Source: Candidatus Dojkabacteria bacterium
GTDB taxonomy: Bacteria > Patescibacteriota > Dojkabacteria > JAHIVN01
Reading direction: 5' to 3'
Length of the DNA: 64,000 nt
Assembly (NCBI GenBank): GCA_016932045.1
Contig: JAFGDO010000002.1
Span: 66,553 to 130,552, forward strand
The notes beneath the pieces are model-generated. The model ran no database searches, was not told where the DNA came from, and worked only from the letters and a program-made list of their open reading frames with translations. Shown here in pieces: positions 27,653 to 38,558 of this stretch. Every line of letters begins with the position of its first letter. The first letter of the stretch is position 1. The position numbers and the translations under genes are program-made.

Positions 27653-29803
27653 CTAGAAGTAGGTCAAAAACACATCTTTTCCTCCATTGGTATTCCTGTA
27701 CAAACTGCCACCAGATAAATCAAAGTTTACATTATAGCTTGCAAAATAACCTGAAATAAAAGTTTTACCACTGGAGTATCCTATTCCAAGTCCTTCATCT
27801 GATCCCGCCCCTCCAAATATTTTAGTTCCAATGTACCCTCCTGAGGTAGTGTATTCTAGTGCAAATACATCTTTTGCCCCGTTTGAAATAAAGCCTGAGG
27901 TTCCACCTAATTGTACACTTTGACCCTGAAAGTAGCCTGTAATTGCGATACCTTTGCCATTTAATACTATATCTGATCCAATATCATCGTATGCTCCTCC
28001 GAAAGAATATAGCCATCTATATGTACCATCTGTCATATAGCTAGCTACCAATACATCAAAGTTGTCTGTTCGTCCTGTGTATCCTGTTATGTATACATTT
28101 GTTGAATCGGTAATGATACTTAGTCCTGAGTCGTTATATAAATCACCAAATGTTTCGGTCCACCGTACTACTTCAAGATAGGGGTCATACGACCTTACAA
28201 ATCCGTCATGTACTGTCCCGGTGAAGGAACCGGTAATATAAACATTTCCCTTGTTATCAACGGTAACACCTTGTCCATAGTCGTCACAGTTTGCAATTTC
28301 AAAACTTGTTGTGGTGACATAAGTGCCATTGGTTCCTGCTTTTAAAGCAAAACCCTCTGAACAGCCATTCGTGACTAAATGATCGTCAACTCCAGGTCCC
28401 CAATCAAAATCAATTGGACCGTTATAATAATATCCAGTTACATATAGGTAAGTACCTGAGAAGTCTATTGCAACAGCCTTTGCGTTTGTAGAATGTCCAT
28501 CTATACCAACAGTTTCAACCCATGAAAGACTTCCGTTCGGAAGATATTTTACAACGAACATTCCTGTTGTATTGTAGCAATTTCGTACGGAACTCGAACT
28601 ATTTATATCAAATGGAAAACTACCAACACAGTAGCCTACTGCATATATATTTCCCCCCGGATCTACTGATATCGCTTCACCACCATCACTACTTGTACCA
28701 CCGAATGTCTGTGTCCAGGCATATGATCCATCGGCGTTATATTTTGTAATAAAAGCATCAGTACCTCCGTTTGAGCTGTGGAGATCTTTCCCGCCGGTGT
28801 CATCAAAATTTACATTTGAACCCGTGAAGTATCCAGTTATGTATTTATTTCCATAAATATCTATTGCTAAGTCACTACCGATATCATCATAAGCTCCGCC
28901 AAATGTATGAATCTGGTTTGATACGATGGGTATAATCGGAGTCCAAGGACTTGTGTACCCAGGGTAGGTATAAGTACCACCTGTTTGAGGAAGCTCTAGT
29001 TCTTCAATTTCTTTTTCTATTGCTTCAAGAAATTGCTCGCCACACCATTTGAATTCTTCAACATTTTCTGCCTTATCTAAACAATCAATAAATTCATACC
29101 AGCTTGTTTGTAATGGTTCGTATACTGATATAAATTGTTTTATTTCCTCAAGAGTTTGAATCAGTTTCATCTTATCGTCATTATTCTCAAACGAAAAGCC
29201 CTCTTCTAGTAAGATCTCACTTATAGATTCTTCTACATTTTTTAACTTAAGAAGTAATTCTCCTGTATCAGTAAAACAGTTTGTGATACCAGGGCTGGTT
29301 TCGCACCCAAACTTTGTACCTCTTACCGAAGCAACTGTATTTGAAGTTTCAACAGTGTAATCAGAATCTTTTCCAAGTAACTTCTCAACCTTTGACCAGG
29401 TTTTTCCAAAGGTTTGCTGTATCTTCACTTTGATACTCTTTTCTTCTGTTTCCTTGTATGTTTCTAGTTTAATTTCTGTTTCTGAGTCAATGGCTAGTAA
29501 ACTACCATCTGAAAAGACTATATAGCCCACTCCTGTTTCATCTGTTTGAATGGTATCTCCCTCATATACTGTGGTTTCTTCACCAAGGTTCTTTAGTTCC
29601 TGTCCGTTCCTTTCGATGGTAATGTCACTACTTACTACATAAAGACTTGCTTTTGTTAGCTTTTCTTCTGTTACTTGACCAGGAAGCTTTTCCGTCGGCT
29701 CTTCTTCGGATTTTAGTGAAAGACTTAAAATGACGGTGAGGACTATTATTGCAACTATAGAAAGACCTATTACTACGATAACATTTTTCTTTTTATCTGT
29801 CAT
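27653..29803 (-). CDS. FecR-domain protein with SBBP-type beta-propeller repeats
   Basis: TM; GDTIQT...FSDGS...VETSNTVASVRGTKF (FecR); repeated TFGG..DDIG..I..D..GN.YITGYF. Confidence 0.88.
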   Translation of the reverse strand: MTDKKKNVIVVIGLSIVAIIVLTVILSLSLKSEEEPTEKLPGQVTEEKLTKASLYVVSSDITIERNGQELKNLGEETTVYEGDTIQTDETGVGYIVFSDGSLLAIDSETEIKLETYKETEEKSIKVKIQQTFGKTWSKVEKLLGKDSDYTVETSNTVASVRGTKFGCETSPGITNCFTDTGELLLKLKNVEESISEILLEEGFSFENNDDKMKLIQTLEEIKQFISVYEPLQTSWYEFIDCLDKAENVEEFKWCGEQFLEAIEKEIEELELPQTGGTYTYPGYTSPWTPIIPIVSNQIHTFGGAYDDIGSDLAIDIYGNKYITGYFTGSNVNFDDTGGKDLHSSNGGTDAFITKYNADGSYAWTQTFGGTSSDGGEAISVDPGGNIYAVGYCVGSFPFDINSSSSVRNCYNTTGMFVVKYLPNGSLSWVETVGIDGHSTNAKAVAIDFSGTYLYVTGYYYNGPIDFDWGPGVDDHLVTNGCSEGFALKAGTNGTYVTTTSFEIANCDDYGQGVTVDNKGNVYITGSFTGTVHDGFVRSYDPYLEVVRWTETFGDLYNDSGLSIITDSTNVYITGYTGRTDNFDVLVASYMTDGTYRWLYSFGGAYDDIGSDIVLNGKGIAITGYFQGQSVQLGGTSGFISNGAKDVFALEYTTSGGYIGTKIFGGAGSDEGLGIGYSSGKTFISGYFASYNVNFDLSGGSLYRNTNGGKDVFLTYF

Positions 29804-30019
29804 TGAGGTAAATATAATTTATTGTTCAACCTGCCCGCTAGCAAGTTGAGAATTTCTACTACGAGAAAAATCGAACGATCTAATTTTTTTATAAATAAAA
29901 TATTCCTGGTTTAATTTATTGTGATATCAAAGAATGGGGTCTTCATCTTTTCAGGTTTACAATGAGATCATCCACTTTAGTGTAATTCATACTAACAACT
30001 TGATTTTCTTGCGTCAACT

Positions 30020-31957
30020 TTACTTGACTTTCCACTCCCATACCCCCTTCCAACCTTCTTGTTGACTTACCTCGTTAATTCGGTCCAGCATAATCCTAGA
30101 TGGATTATCAAACTTTAACTTTTTGAAATACTTTTGGGCTTCGTAGAACTCACCCTTCTGGTATAACTTAAATGCTTGTTCATAAATACTTATCAGATTT
30201 CTATTTTTTTTGGTTTTTTCTAGAATTTCGAATATTTTTACCGACTCTTTTTTTCCTTTGACTATTACTTCGTCTAAAAGTCTTGGCAGGAAATCGGTGT
30301 TTTGAAGATCTATACCCTTTAGTACTTCTTCTGTGACGATAATATTTACCTTGTACATTCTTGTTAAGCCTTCTATTCGTGAACCAAGATTGACGCCGTC
30401 GCCTATAAGTGTATAACTGTAACGTTTTTTGCTTCCCATGTTTCCCACAATCATAGTGTCGGTATTTATCCCTATACCACAATTTATTTCTGGGTATTCA
30501 GGATGTGTTTCATTAAATTCTTTTAATTTTTGCTTCATTCCTAATGCAGCCCTAATTGCATTTATCTGGTGATTTTTATCTTCAACAGGAGCATTCCAGA
30601 ATGCCATTATTGCATCTCCCATATACTTATCTATAGTTCCGTTATGCTCAATGAGGACATTTGTAAGAGTGTCAAAGTAAAGATTCAGCATTTTTAGTAA
30701 TTGTGATGGGGATAACTTTTCAGAAATAGTAGTATAACCTTGAATATCGCTGAACAGAACAGTAATTTTCTTCTTTTCACCACCCAGCTTCAATTTCTGG
30801 GGGTGTTCAACGAGTTCCTTTAAGAGTCTTGGATGGATATACTTACCGAATGCTTTACTTAAAAATCTTTTCTCTCTTGTCACAACAAAATATTTATAAG
30901 CAACAAAGAATACGTAGCTTATAATGGGTAAGCCATTCGCTTGAATAAATGGCCAATTGAATCCTTCGTTGTGAAGGATAATACCCAATGTGTTTAGTAA
31001 TATTAGAGACGAAAAGAATGAAATCACTTCAAAGATATTCCTTTTAAATTTTGTATAAAGGAAGAGAAGTAAAGTGCAGAATAAGATAATTGATGGATAG
31101 AACAATTTTTTGCCTATATCCCTTCGGAAGTTATCTTCCAGAAAGGAGTTCACTATGTTTGCATGGATAACTACTCCAGGGGTAGTTTTCCCGAACACAT
31201 CAGTGAAATTGTCAAGAAGTCCGCTCTTTAGGTCAATCGGCGTTGCTCCTATAAGGATAATTTTACCTTCAAGATTATTCTTGTCGATTTTGCCTTCATA
31301 TAGATCAACAAAGCTGTAGTATGAATACTCAGAATCTGAATAGTTAAATAACAATTCTTTTCTGTACTCTAGATTCCCGGCTAAATTTATCTCCTCTCCA
31401 CACCCAATATCTCCTCGTATTCCTAGGTATCTTTTAAGTATTTCAAATGCAAAGCTATAGATACATTTATCGTCAACTTTAGTTGCAATAGTTGTTTTTC
31501 TTATTTTCCCGTCTTTATCAGTGACAAAGTTTGTGTATCCACTCGAGATATTTTCGGTGGAGAACCTACTTTCAAAGAGTTCTTTGTTCACAATTTTGCT
31601 GCCCATTACTATAGGAAAATCGGCATTTTTAAGAGAACTTCGTAACTTTGTATCTCCTTCTCGTTCTTCAAGAAACAGCACATCGAATCCAACAACACTT
31701 GGTCTTACCCGATTCAGTTCGTCTACAGCTTGAGCAAAGACTTGCCTGTCCCACGGCCAAGCTCCTATTTTTGATAAAGTTACATCGTCGATGCCAATTA
31801 TGACAATCTCTTCTCTAACTTCCATACTGCCCTGGAGCCTATCGAGAAATATGTTGTTTAATTCATCAAAGGTTGGAATAGCTAGAATAAGTGAGCAAAA
31901 ACTCAGAATAATGAAATTGTATAGGTAAGGGGTAATTTTTCTTAGTATATTCCTCAT
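30020..31957 (-). CDS. CHASE2-domain class III adenylate cyclase
   Basis: IGIDD, WPWDR, GFDVLF, PGVVIHA (CHASE2); 3 TM; FSDIQGYT, DKYMGD, YTLIGDGVNLGSRIE. Confidence 0.95.
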   Translation of the reverse strand: MRNILRKITPYLYNFIILSFCSLILAIPTFDELNNIFLDRLQGSMEVREEIVIIGIDDVTLSKIGAWPWDRQVFAQAVDELNRVRPSVVGFDVLFLEEREGDTKLRSSLKNADFPIVMGSKIVNKELFESRFSTENISSGYTNFVTDKDGKIRKTTIATKVDDKCIYSFAFEILKRYLGIRGDIGCGEEINLAGNLEYRKELLFNYSDSEYSYYSFVDLYEGKIDKNNLEGKIILIGATPIDLKSGLLDNFTDVFGKTTPGVVIHANIVNSFLEDNFRRDIGKKLFYPSIILFCTLLLFLYTKFKRNIFEVISFFSSLILLNTLGIILHNEGFNWPFIQANGLPIISYVFFVAYKYFVVTREKRFLSKAFGKYIHPRLLKELVEHPQKLKLGGEKKKITVLFSDIQGYTTISEKLSPSQLLKMLNLYFDTLTNVLIEHNGTIDKYMGDAIMAFWNAPVEDKNHQINAIRAALGMKQKLKEFNETHPEYPEINCGIGINTDTMIVGNMGSKKRYSYTLIGDGVNLGSRIEGLTRMYKVNIIVTEEVLKGIDLQNTDFLPRLLDEVIVKGKKESVKIFEILEKTKKNRNLISIYEQAFKLYQKGEFYEAQKYFKKLKFDNPSRIMLDRINEVSQQEGWKGVWEWKVK

Positions 31958-31979
31958 AGATGTTTTGCAAGTTTGTTTA

Positions 31980-32579
31980 TTACTTACTCTTTTGTATATT
32001 TTCGATATAACGTTTGCTCAGAAGCTGTACCATATAAAATCCGAATTCCGGATTCTGATGGTATAGCTGCATAATTTGGTCATCCCTTATTATGTATGCT
32101 TCTACATCAGTATCACAAATTGCTTTTTGAGTCCTTTTCTTATAGGGGGAGAAAACTCCCATTTCCCCAAGCACGTCTCCTCTTTTTATGGTTTCGTTAA
32201 GTTTTGGTAATTTAATAGTTCCCGAGCTTATGTAGTAAATCTTATCTGCTTTATCCCCCTTATCAAAGAGTACATCTCCTTTCTTAAATTTGGCCTTGCT
32301 CATGTAGCGTACAAGCCACTCAAAAGAGTAGTCGCCTTCTGAGGCTTCTTTAACATCTTGAATGAGCTTCTGCATCTGGCGCAGTCTGTATATATTCAAT
32401 GGAAGAAGGAAAAGATGAAGAATAAGAACCGGATACAGGTGTCCAAAAAAACCATAGGTTATAAAAGCAACGTTACTAATTATAGCCACCTTTCTTAAGG
32501 GAATCATGGTTTTCATCATAAAAGTAATACCTACCAAGATTGAGGCTATATATCCTATAATAGTTATCCAGGTTTCCAA
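31980..32579 (-). CDS. Membrane-anchored cyclic nucleotide-binding protein (no HTH)
   Basis: 3 TM (MKTMIPLR, LPLNIYRL), then GDVLFDKGDKAD...GDVLGEMG...RT cNMP cassette. Confidence 0.9.
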   Translation of the reverse strand: METWITIIGYIASILVGITFMMKTMIPLRKVAIISNVAFITYGFFGHLYPVLILHLFLLPLNIYRLRQMQKLIQDVKEASEGDYSFEWLVRYMSKAKFKKGDVLFDKGDKADKIYYISSGTIKLPKLNETIKRGDVLGEMGVFSPYKKRTQKAICDTDVEAYIIRDDQIMQLYHQNPEFGFYMVQLLSKRYIENIQKSK

Positions 32580-32830
32580 GATACAAAATTATAAAAATTA
32601 AGATGTGAAAATAATAACAGGGCAAAAGATGGACGTCAATTGGGGAAGAACATAGTTACATAGTTGCATAGCTAGATAGCTGTATATTGTAAGCTAATTG
32701 TCATATTGATAAATTAATGGTTAGATAAATGATAGGTTAGGATCAAAAGTAAAAGGATTTGGGGTTTAACTTGAAAAGAAAATGTAAAATGTTAAACTTG
32801 ATTATGGAGATTTTTTTAATATGTTAGCGA

Positions 32831-33721
32831 ATGAAAGACTCATCATTTAAAAATAATGTAGCCCTGTTTGATAGTTGCTGGTTAGTAAAGAAGGGGGTTT
32901 CAACCTATGAATTATTACTTTCTATTTTCAATTCGAGTAAGGAGGAGCTTTTTAAAGGAAGATATTACGATTTAATAAAAAAGCTGGCAGCAGAATATAG
33001 AGATATAGAATCACAGAGATGGGCTAAGGGAGGGAAGGAAAGATATCATACCCACGGTCTTTTTTCTGAATGGGTGGCGTGTAAAATGATACTAAAATAT
33101 AGAACACAAATCATCGACAGGTTAAAGAAAGAATCATCTGAATGTTATTCTTATTTTTATAAAAGAGTAGGTGAAGTTGAATCGCAAAGACTTCTTTTAT
33201 TTATGATTATGGTTGCTAGTATGTACCATGATGTGGGGGGGATAAGAGACGGACACAATGTGGGTGCGAATCCAGACGCACAAATTTTGCATGCTACCCT
33301 TGATAAAGTTAACTCTCTCGAATCTGTTTGTAGGGATGAAATATTGAAACTAGCGAATTTTACAGGCTATGATAACAAAAGGAATGCAGCCTATTTTAGT
33401 TATGAGGGAGGTTTTAAGTTTGAACCGGAAAAGATTAGTATAGGTGGGATTATTGTAATAGTCTCGGATCTTCTACAAATTGGAGCTCTAGACTACAGAG
33501 AACGAGTCGAAAAGGACTTAGGACTTACACCTTATATGGTGCCCTATACATACGTAAAATTATGTGCATTCTCCATGATTGAACTTGCGCAAATGTTAAA
33601 AGAGAGACATCCTTCAAATCTTATTCCAGAGGAGATTAGAGATCGAGCTGTAAAAATATTAGTAAGTGAAAAAGCTTATGAATGGAGAGATCAATTTATA
33701 ACCAAAAATTATTCTTCATGA
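32831..33721 (+). CDS. Divergent HD-domain protein
   Basis: YHTHG, ASMYHDVG and VSDLL metal-ligand pattern. Confidence 0.6.
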   Translation: MKDSSFKNNVALFDSCWLVKKGVSTYELLLSIFNSSKEELFKGRYYDLIKKLAAEYRDIESQRWAKGGKERYHTHGLFSEWVACKMILKYRTQIIDRLKKESSECYSYFYKRVGEVESQRLLLFMIMVASMYHDVGGIRDGHNVGANPDAQILHATLDKVNSLESVCRDEILKLANFTGYDNKRNAAYFSYEGGFKFEPEKISIGGIIVIVSDLLQIGALDYRERVEKDLGLTPYMVPYTYVKLCAFSMIELAQMLKERHPSNLIPEEIRDRAVKILVSEKAYEWRDQFITKNYSS

Positions 33722-33853
33722 ATTAAGTACTATTACTTCCTTGCACCCTGTTCTCCTTTTCTATCCTTCTTTGGCTAAACATTGTAACAATCTAAATTTT
33801 TTGCTATTCTGTATTGATGAAGCTATCTAAATTAATTTGTTAGATTTGATATT

Positions 33854-35566
33854 TTGGCACTGCCCAGCAGTATAGTAAAAGAGGTTCTTCTAAAACATCA
33901 GAAGGTTGATGTTGCTCAAGTAAATGCTCTGATTACCAAAGCAATGAGGGGAGGTGTTCCTCTTTCCGAGCTAGTTGTGTCTGAGGGGTTCATTACAGCA
34001 CCGGAAATTTCTGATTTGATTGCGAGTGAACTTGGTGTAACGGCTGTTGATCTGTCTCAAGTCAAGATACAAAAAGGTGCGCTTGAAACCATTACGAAAC
34101 AGATTGCTCTTGAGCGCGAAACAATCCCTTTCAAGAAAGACAAAAAAAGGTTGCATGTTGCAATGACTAACCCGATGGATCTTGCAGCTATTGATTTTAT
34201 CTCCAAAAGGACGGGTTTAGATGTTGTTCCGTATTATGTGCAGCCCTCTTCTTTTGAGCAGGGAGTACTTGCTTATAAAAAAGATATTCAACAGGTTCTT
34301 CAGGGCATGATTAAAGAGCGGGCCACGAAGTCGGTTAAAGGAAAGGTTGAAAAAATTGAAGAAGCCGCTCAAAAACTTCCCGTTATTCAGTTATTTGATT
34401 CGGTTGTAGAATATGCCGCCGTTGAGAAAGCTAGTGATATACATGTCGAACCTCTGGAAAGGGAGGTTCTAGTAAGATACAGAATTGACGGGATTTTATA
34501 TGACAAAGTTAGTCTTCCAACTGAGATACTTCCGGTCCTTGTAGCCAGAGTAAAGATTATGAGTAACTTAAAAATTGACGAACACCGGTTACCTCAGGAT
34601 GGAAGAATCAAGCTAAAGGTTGATAAGCAGGACTTATCTCTTAGAATTTCTATCATACCAACTTTTTTTGGTGAAAAGGTTGTCGCTAGAGTACTTGAAG
34701 AAAGTGGGAAGGGTCTGACGCTTACAAAGCTTGGACTTGCTGGTTTAAATCTCGAACGCGTTGAGAGTGCTATTACAAGACCGCATGGTATGATACTTGC
34801 AACAGGACCGACAGGAAGCGGAAAAACTACAACTCTTTATACCATCCTAACAAGACTAAACACTTCTGAAGTAAATATCAATACAGTTGAAGATCCAATA
34901 GAATATGCTATTCCCAGGGTCAACCAGATGCAGGTAAATCCACAGATAGAACTGACATTTGCCGCGGGTTTAAGGGCGCTTTTGAGGCAGGACCCCGATA
35001 TTATGATGGTAGGTGAGATCCGAGATGAGGAGACAGCGAATATAGCTATCAATGCTGCACTTACTGGACACCTTGTTTTATCAACTATTCATACAAATGA
35101 TGCAGCAGGGTCTATCCCTAGGCTTGCAGATATGGGAGTTGAAGAATTTCTTATCGCTTCGTCGGTAAATCTCGTTATCGCACAAAGGCTTGTTAGAAAG
35201 ATCTGTGATAACTGTATAGCTGAAGATCAGTTGTCACCTGAACAGAATGAAGCACTAACCCGTGAACTTGCAAGAAGTCATCTGTCCGAAGAACTAATAA
35301 ATCAACTCGTTGGTGATGGCAAGTTTTATAAAGGTAAAGGCTGTGATAAATGCGGTAAATCAGGGCTTAAAGGAAGAATTGGTATTTTTGAGGTCTTAGA
35401 AGTTAGTCCTACCGTCATCAATCTTATTGCAGGAAACGCGACTGCAGCACAGATCCAAGAACAAGCGCTTAAGGAGGGAATGGAGCTTATGATTATTGAT
35501 GGTCTAAAAAAGGCAAAAGAAGGGGCAACAACAATAAGTGAGGTTCTAAGGGTGACTCGTGAGTAG
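33854..35566 (+). CDS. pilB: Type IV pilus/T2SS assembly ATPase
   Basis: ASDIHVEP, RLPQDGR, GPTGSGKTTT, EDPIEY, LRQDPD, TGHLVLSTIHTND and Zn CxxC pairs. Confidence 0.95.
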   Translation: MALPSSIVKEVLLKHQKVDVAQVNALITKAMRGGVPLSELVVSEGFITAPEISDLIASELGVTAVDLSQVKIQKGALETITKQIALERETIPFKKDKKRLHVAMTNPMDLAAIDFISKRTGLDVVPYYVQPSSFEQGVLAYKKDIQQVLQGMIKERATKSVKGKVEKIEEAAQKLPVIQLFDSVVEYAAVEKASDIHVEPLEREVLVRYRIDGILYDKVSLPTEILPVLVARVKIMSNLKIDEHRLPQDGRIKLKVDKQDLSLRISIIPTFFGEKVVARVLEESGKGLTLTKLGLAGLNLERVESAITRPHGMILATGPTGSGKTTTLYTILTRLNTSEVNINTVEDPIEYAIPRVNQMQVNPQIELTFAAGLRALLRQDPDIMMVGEIRDEETANIAINAALTGHLVLSTIHTNDAAGSIPRLADMGVEEFLIASSVNLVIAQRLVRKICDNCIAEDQLSPEQNEALTRELARSHLSEELINQLVGDGKFYKGKGCDKCGKSGLKGRIGIFEVLEVSPTVINLIAGNATAAQIQEQALKEGMELMIIDGLKKAKEGATTISEVLRVTRE

Positions 35567-35647
35567 CGTTATAACAAAGTTTCTGCAAGTAATATTAGAA
35601 AATTAGAAATTTTTCTTTACTTAATCTAATAATTTTGAGCGGAGGAA

Positions 35648-36898
35648 ATGGAAACATACTCGTATAAAGCATTAAAGGACGACAAATTAGTAAGCGGTGA
35701 GTTAGAGGGAAGAGATGAGAATGAAATTGCCGGAAAATTACAGGAACAGGGTCTTGAAGTCCTGAATATAAAACAAGAGGGAGGGAAAAAAAGTGTAACC
35801 CCTTCTATTGGCAAGGTAAAGACTTCTTTTTTAGATAGATTTAAAAAGGTTAAAAAGGTTGAAAAGATGTTTCTCTATAAGAACTTTGCGACTATGTTGA
35901 AAGCGGGGTTACCACTTCCGGAAGCTATTGATCTTATGCGAGAAAGTTTAAAGAACCCATTACTTGAAGGTGTTTTGTCTCAACTTAAATATGATGTAGA
36001 GGCTGGCAACTATATTTCTGCTAGTTTATCAAAGTTTAGTGATATCTTTTCACAGAGTGAGATCTCTATGATACAGGCTGGAGAAGCCGGGGGGACATTA
36101 CCGCAAAGTTTTCATGGTCTGTTCATAGATGCTGAAGCTGAGACAAAGTTACAAAAGGACATAAAAGGAGCAATGATGTATCCTGCAATAATACTTTCCA
36201 TATTACTTCTTGTGACTCTGCTCCTTTTAATCTTTGTTTTACCGCAACTGACTGGCTTTTTTCTACAGGCAAACATTGAAGTGCCAACAATGACAAGAAT
36301 TATCATGGCGGCTAGTGATTTTTTCAAAGATTATTTCTTTCTTATTGCTATTGTAGTTGTCGCACTTATCGTAACTTTGAGGTCTCTGATAAAAAAATCT
36401 AAGACTGTAAAAAAGTATTTTGATAAGTTTACAATAAGAATTCCCTGGCTGGGAATGCAGTTTAAGTACTATTATATTCATAAGATAGCTAGAATGCTTG
36501 GTTTACTCATTAAAAGTGGAGTTCCCATATTGGAAGCTCTCGAAATTGTTGAAAAATCGATTGGCCATCTTGGATTCTCAAATTCTATCAGAGTTATGAG
36601 AAGTGATATAAAAAGAGGAGGCAAACTTTCAACATCAGTGCAAAGCTTTGATAAACTTTATCCTCCCTTTGTTTCAAGGATGCTCAGCGTAGGGGACCGG
36701 ACTGGAAATACCTCTGAAGCCCTGGAAAATGTTTCAGAGTATTATGATGAGGAATTGCGATCGACTCTTGCTAATATCTCGTCAATCATTGAACCTATTC
36801 TAATGGTAGCTCTTGGTCTTGGAGTAGCATTTATTGCTATATCTGTTCTGATACCAATGTATAGTATTGTCAGCGGTATAAACCAGATGCAGAAATAG
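35648..36898 (+). CDS. pilC: Type IV pilus platform protein (GspF family)
   Basis: AGLPL, AGEAGGTL, AMMYP, SGVPI and IEP motifs. Confidence 0.95.
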   Translation: METYSYKALKDDKLVSGELEGRDENEIAGKLQEQGLEVLNIKQEGGKKSVTPSIGKVKTSFLDRFKKVKKVEKMFLYKNFATMLKAGLPLPEAIDLMRESLKNPLLEGVLSQLKYDVEAGNYISASLSKFSDIFSQSEISMIQAGEAGGTLPQSFHGLFIDAEAETKLQKDIKGAMMYPAIILSILLLVTLLLLIFVLPQLTGFFLQANIEVPTMTRIIMAASDFFKDYFFLIAIVVVALIVTLRSLIKKSKTVKKYFDKFTIRIPWLGMQFKYYYIHKIARMLGLLIKSGVPILEALEIVEKSIGHLGFSNSIRVMRSDIKRGGKLSTSVQSFDKLYPPFVSRMLSVGDRTGNTSEALENVSEYYDEELRSTLANISSIIEPILMVALGLGVAFIAISVLIPMYSIVSGINQMQK

Positions 36899-36910
36899 TT
36901 TTGTAATCTA

Positions 36911-37408
36911 GTGATTTTAACGAAAATGTTTACATTTAATAGTAAAGGTTTTACACTTGTAGAGATAGTTTTGACTATAGCTATCGGTGCAATATTAGTA
37001 AGTGGTGTAACACTGGGGCTTTTGACCTATAGGAATAATTTGCAATATGATATCTTACTCAATCAAATAGATGAAAGTGTAAGTTATGCAAAGGCAAAAG
37101 CCTTATCTGGAAAGCTTGATTCTTTAAATCAACATTCAAGTTATGGAGTAATGTTTTTTGAAGATAGATTCATTGAATTTGAGGGTGATGAGTATGTAGA
37201 AGGAGCTGTTCCGAATGTTGAATACAATGTTCCAGTTGGTCTAAGGCTATCTGCGACTTGTGTTCCTTCGAACAATGGTTCAGTTGTCTTTTCTCGAATT
37301 TTAGGGGAAAATTCAAATTATTGTACCGTATCTATTTATAAATTTGAACAAACTGAACCTGCTGGAAGTGTAAGGATTGGTAGATTCGGGGTCGAGGAAG
37401 CACTATAA
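36911..37408 (+). CDS. Minor pilin (FimT/GspH-like)
   Basis: Class III signal KG|FTLVE. Confidence 0.85.
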   Translation: MILTKMFTFNSKGFTLVEIVLTIAIGAILVSGVTLGLLTYRNNLQYDILLNQIDESVSYAKAKALSGKLDSLNQHSSYGVMFFEDRFIEFEGDEYVEGAVPNVEYNVPVGLRLSATCVPSNNGSVVFSRILGENSNYCTVSIYKFEQTEPAGSVRIGRFGVEEAL

Positions 37409-37547
37409 TAGTGTATTGGTCTTTTAATTAATGGTTCTGGGAAGTGAATGATTTAAGCAAGGAGAAGTAGTAATTTACATGTTACTCGTTTCCTTCACCA
37501 TCTAGTTAAGAGGTAATGTAACGGAGCAGATTACTTACCTGGAAATT

Positions 37548-38048
37548 ATGAAAATTCTGAATAAAATTTTTAAGAAACAAGAAGGACAAAGTTTAGTTGA
37601 GATTGTTGTCGCAATTGGTATTCTTGCCATTGTTTTTAGTGGAAGTTGGCAAGTTCTTCATGATTCTTTTATGTCTGTGCAGCGTGAGATGATAGAGTTA
37701 AAAGCACACTATCTTGTTGTGGGAGGACTCGAGGCTATGCGAAGTATCCGAGATGAGGACTGGAATGCGCTTACTGATGGAACGTGGCATTATGAGTATG
37801 ATGTTTCAGGTCCTGAAAATATGGTTGTTATTCTGGAGGGAGGCGAGGAAGTCTGGGACATATACAGAAGAAGGATAGAAATTAGTAGTGTCAGAAGAGA
37901 CACTACTACTGGGAAGATTACCGAAGATCCTGCATATGACTTCGATCCAAATACTAAACGGGTAGATGTGGTAGTTGAATGGGACTGGAGCGGATCTACA
38001 AGAACTGACCTTGAAAGCATTTACTTTACAAATTGGAATAGATTTTAA
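37548..38048 (+). CDS. Minor pilin (PilV-like)
   Basis: EG|QSLVE; GLEAMRSIR; C-terminal V.V.W...YFTNW. Confidence 0.85.
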   Translation: MKILNKIFKKQEGQSLVEIVVAIGILAIVFSGSWQVLHDSFMSVQREMIELKAHYLVVGGLEAMRSIRDEDWNALTDGTWHYEYDVSGPENMVVILEGGEEVWDIYRRRIEISSVRRDTTTGKITEDPAYDFDPNTKRVDVVVEWDWSGSTRTDLESIYFTNWNRF

Positions 38049-38078
38049 GGAAGTTTTTTAGTTGTTCAGTAAATAGTT

Positions 38079-38558
38079 ATGAAAAGAAAACTATTTAAAA
38101 GAATATTGGGAAGTTGCAAGGGCATTACACTAACTGAGACGATAGTTTATATCGGGCTCCTTTCTATTATTGCTGTTGGTGTGATCTCTATCGCTATGCA
38201 GCTTGTGCAGCTCAGGACAAATGCAAGTTCTTTAAGTCTGATCTCTAGCGAAACAACCAAGCTACTGGATAGGATAGTTTTTGAAGTTCGTGATTGCGAC
38301 GATTTTACCGTTATAGATGATACAACCTTAGAGATTACAAAAGATGGATCAATAACAGAATACTATTTGCAGGATGGAAAAATTTATGCCGATGAGGACG
38401 GAGATGTGTATCAAGTTTCGTCAAATTTAGTGAATATTTCTCAAGTTAAATATTCAGACTGGACTTCGATAAATTCTGATAATCTAGTTCATATAGAAGT
38501 TGAAATTTCAAGAGGAAATTTACATGAGCAATTTCAAGTCAGTGCTCACAAAAGATAG
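38079..38558 (+). CDS. Minor pilin (PilW-like)
   Basis: KG|ITLTE; EVR. Confidence 0.85.
   Translation: MKRKLFKRILGSCKGITLTETIVYIGLLSIIAVGVISIAMQLVQLRTNASSLSLISSETTKLLDRIVFEVRDCDDFTVIDDTTLEITKDGSITEYYLQDGKIYADEDGDVYQVSSNLVNISQVKYSDWTSINSDNLVHIEVEISRGNLHEQFQVSAHKR

Noticed and set aside
27900-28905. Repeated nucleotide segments (GATATCATC.TA.GCTCC.CC) as a DGR template/variable pair
   Set aside because: Explained by SBBP propeller repeats (FGGAYDDIGSD); no reverse transcriptase and no adenine-specific mismatch pattern seen.
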